From: Vicugna vicugna
Lineage: Eukaryota
Assembly: GCA_013265495.1 (NCBI GenBank)
Contig: MU058463.1
Location: 3,205,037 to 3,267,036, forward strand
DNA: 62,000 nucleotides
Reading direction: 5' to 3'
Part shown: piece by piece, positions 61,665 through 62,000 of the stretch
Numbering within the stretch: position 1 is the stretch's first letter
Layout: the number at the start of each line of letters is the position of its first letter
Made by a program: the position numbers and the translations under genes
The notes under the pieces: model-generated
What the model was told of the DNA's origin: nothing
Seen by the model: the letters and a program-made list of their open reading frames with translations, nothing else
Database searches by the model: none

Positions 61665-62000
61665 AGTATGTTGAATAGAGCTGGCTAACTCCATAATAAA
61701 CAAATCCAACAATAATATCATGGTTCAGAAACTATAGAAACGTATTTCTTGTTTACATAAAAACCAGACTAGATATCCAGATTGTTAAATGACAGAGACC
61801 CAATCTCCTTTCATCTTGTACCTCTGTCACCTTCTATACATGGCTTCCAAGACCATCCTAGGGTGGTCTCCTGCTGGCCAGTAAGAAGAGGAAAAGAGTT
61901 TAGGACATGCCACGTGGAAGAGTTTTATGGGCCAGATTTAGGAGTAGCATGATCACTGCTGCTTAAATCTCATTGTTAACTGTTAGTCCCATGGCCTCCT
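61665..62000 (-). mobile_element. MLT1 (MaLR) LTR, running off the right edge
   Basis: tatagaaacgtatttcttgtttacat ... cagagacccaatctcctttcatcttgt ... catggcttccaag ... ttttatgggccagatttaggagtagcat ... agtcccatggcc. Confidence 0.8.

Noticed and set aside
1..62000. CRISPR arrays, operons, defence systems, rRNA/miRNA genes, NUMTs and processed pseudogenes
   Set aside because: There is no regularly spaced repeat-spacer array, no gene-dense coding sequence and no recognisable match. The window is repeat-rich mammalian non-coding DNA.

Overview
AT-rich, CpG-poor mammalian non-coding DNA (intergenic or deep intronic). It is almost certainly from a camelid (camel/llama/alpaca), because it carries two Vic-1-type tRNA-derived SINEs. 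I found no host protein-coding gene, RNA gene, CRISPR array or prokaryotic feature; the listed ORFs are chance ORFs or transposon remnants. Much of the window is a layered transposon fossil record: a young L1 endonuclease segment with an uninterrupted frame running off the left edge, older L1M/L1MA/L1MB/L1ME pieces, many L2 and MIR fragments, MLT2, MLT1 and ERV1 LTRs, a decayed ERVL pol plus LTR remnant, and hAT/Tigger DNA transposons. TE-poor stretches (about 12.2-16.9, 21.9-25.9, 33-38 and 42-47 kb) hold candidate regulatory sites (CTCF, E-box/CpG cluster, inverted YY1 pair with AP-1, POU palindrome) and a few possible non-coding exons. The most unusual unexplained structure is an ungapped 68-bp inverted duplication (64/68 identical) between 20317-20384 and 22638-22705, which looks like a locally templated insertion. 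I do not see convincing evidence of a new biological system. Repeat subfamily names come from recalled consensus sequences and need RepeatMasker/Dfam confirmation; boundaries of old elements are approximate.
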